64,000 nucleotides of DNA from an uncultured Verrucomicrobia subdivision 3 bacterium. GTDB lineage: Bacteria; Verrucomicrobiota; Verrucomicrobiia; Limisphaerales; UBA11358. Positions 63,735 to 64,000 of the stretch are shown piece after piece. A program made the position numbers and the translations under genes. The DNA lies in assembly GCA_903936645.1 (NCBI GenBank), contig CAIZWI010000313.1, positions 994-64,993 on the forward strand, read 5' to 3'. Position 1 is the stretch's first letter. Every line of letters begins with the position of its first letter. A model generated the notes under the pieces. That model was not told the origin of the DNA, did not search any database, and saw nothing but the letters and a program-made list of their open reading frames with translations.

Positions 63735-64000
63735 ATGGACCGCAATCACGAAGAGCTGTTACTAGCCCTGGCACTCTCCAAGTCCGCGGGCCTCCGGGCT
63801 GCCTTTCTGGAGCGCGAATGTGGCGATGACGCCGCGTTGCGGCAGCGACTGGAGACTCAGCTGGGCCTCCACCCAAAGCCAGCCGAACCGGGCAATGGGG
63901 AGGCCACCCAGGTGATGCCAACCATCAAACTGGCCTTGGATGAAGCCCCCGATGAGGCAGTCGGCCAGACGCTCGGCCGGTATAAATTACTGGAACGAAT
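63735..64000 (+). CDS. Ser/Thr protein kinase, N-terminal leader only (runs off window end)
   Basis: Absent from the track (no stop in window). The translation MDRNHEELLLALALSKSAGLRAAFLERECGDDAALRQRLETQL...VGQTLGRYKLLER shows the helical C-x-D-D..LR leader. The G.YKLLE entry into the kinase domain is common in PVC/Acidobacteria Ser/Thr kinases. The kinase core itself is not visible. Confidence 0.55.
   Translation, partial: MDRNHEELLLALALSKSAGLRAAFLERECGDDAALRQRLETQLGLHPKPAEPGNGEATQVMPTIKLALDEAPDEAVGQTLGRYKLLER

Noticed and set aside
1-64000. Search for CRISPR arrays, transposases, integrases, phage genes, toxin-antitoxin pairs or known defence-system components
   Set aside because: There are no regularly spaced direct repeats. 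No ORF has recombinase, transposase, nuclease-helicase or reverse-transcriptase hallmarks. The window appears to be core chromosome with a few accessory exported-protein loci.

Overview
GC-rich bacterial chromosome segment with strong GC3 bias, so many long antisense shadow ORFs. It is densely packed, mostly with housekeeping genes. I could not find any rRNA, tRNA, CRISPR array, transposase, integrase or phage gene.

Gene content points to the PVC superphylum, probably Verrucomicrobiota (inference): a DUF1559/H-X9-DG prepilin-like protein, long-form IspG, squalene-hopene cyclase, ThuA plus Tat-exported Gfo/Idh/MocA clusters, a giant Calx-beta protein, and start codons largely without Shine-Dalgarno sequences.

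Core genes recognised:
- 2-oxoacid dehydrogenase E1alpha/E1beta/E2
- pyrD, shc, an HU/IHF-like gene, hisS, maf, aroK, queG, gltX, leuS
- an ATGA-coupled chain nadC-birA-coaX-oxidoreductase
- dapA-dapB-(PhyH dioxygenase)-folK
- cdsA-dxr-rseP-ispG
- uppP, a malic enzyme, and the N-terminus of a Ser/Thr kinase at the right edge

No canonical defence or mobile system is visible. The candidates most worth a second look are:
1. A translationally coupled four-gene exported module at 12.4-18.4 kb. It comprises a YHYH-PEBP fusion, a Tat-exported PhoD/purple-acid-phosphatase-like esterase, a Sec-exported paralogue with substituted metal ligands, and a HupE/UreJ-type permease.
2. A secreted protease locus at 50.9-61.5 kb: an S1 protease, an unknown 636-aa exported protein, and a roughly 2,500-aa membrane-anchored metzincin with about 10 Calx-beta repeats and a LamG domain.
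3. Two large ORF-free regions. One (19.4-20.1 kb) carries duplicated hairpins and mutually exclusive pairings. The other (49.9-50.9 kb) is about 1 kb long.
4. A PhyH-type dioxygenase wedged between dapB and folK.

All functional calls rest on motif recognition by eye and need HMM/BLAST confirmation.
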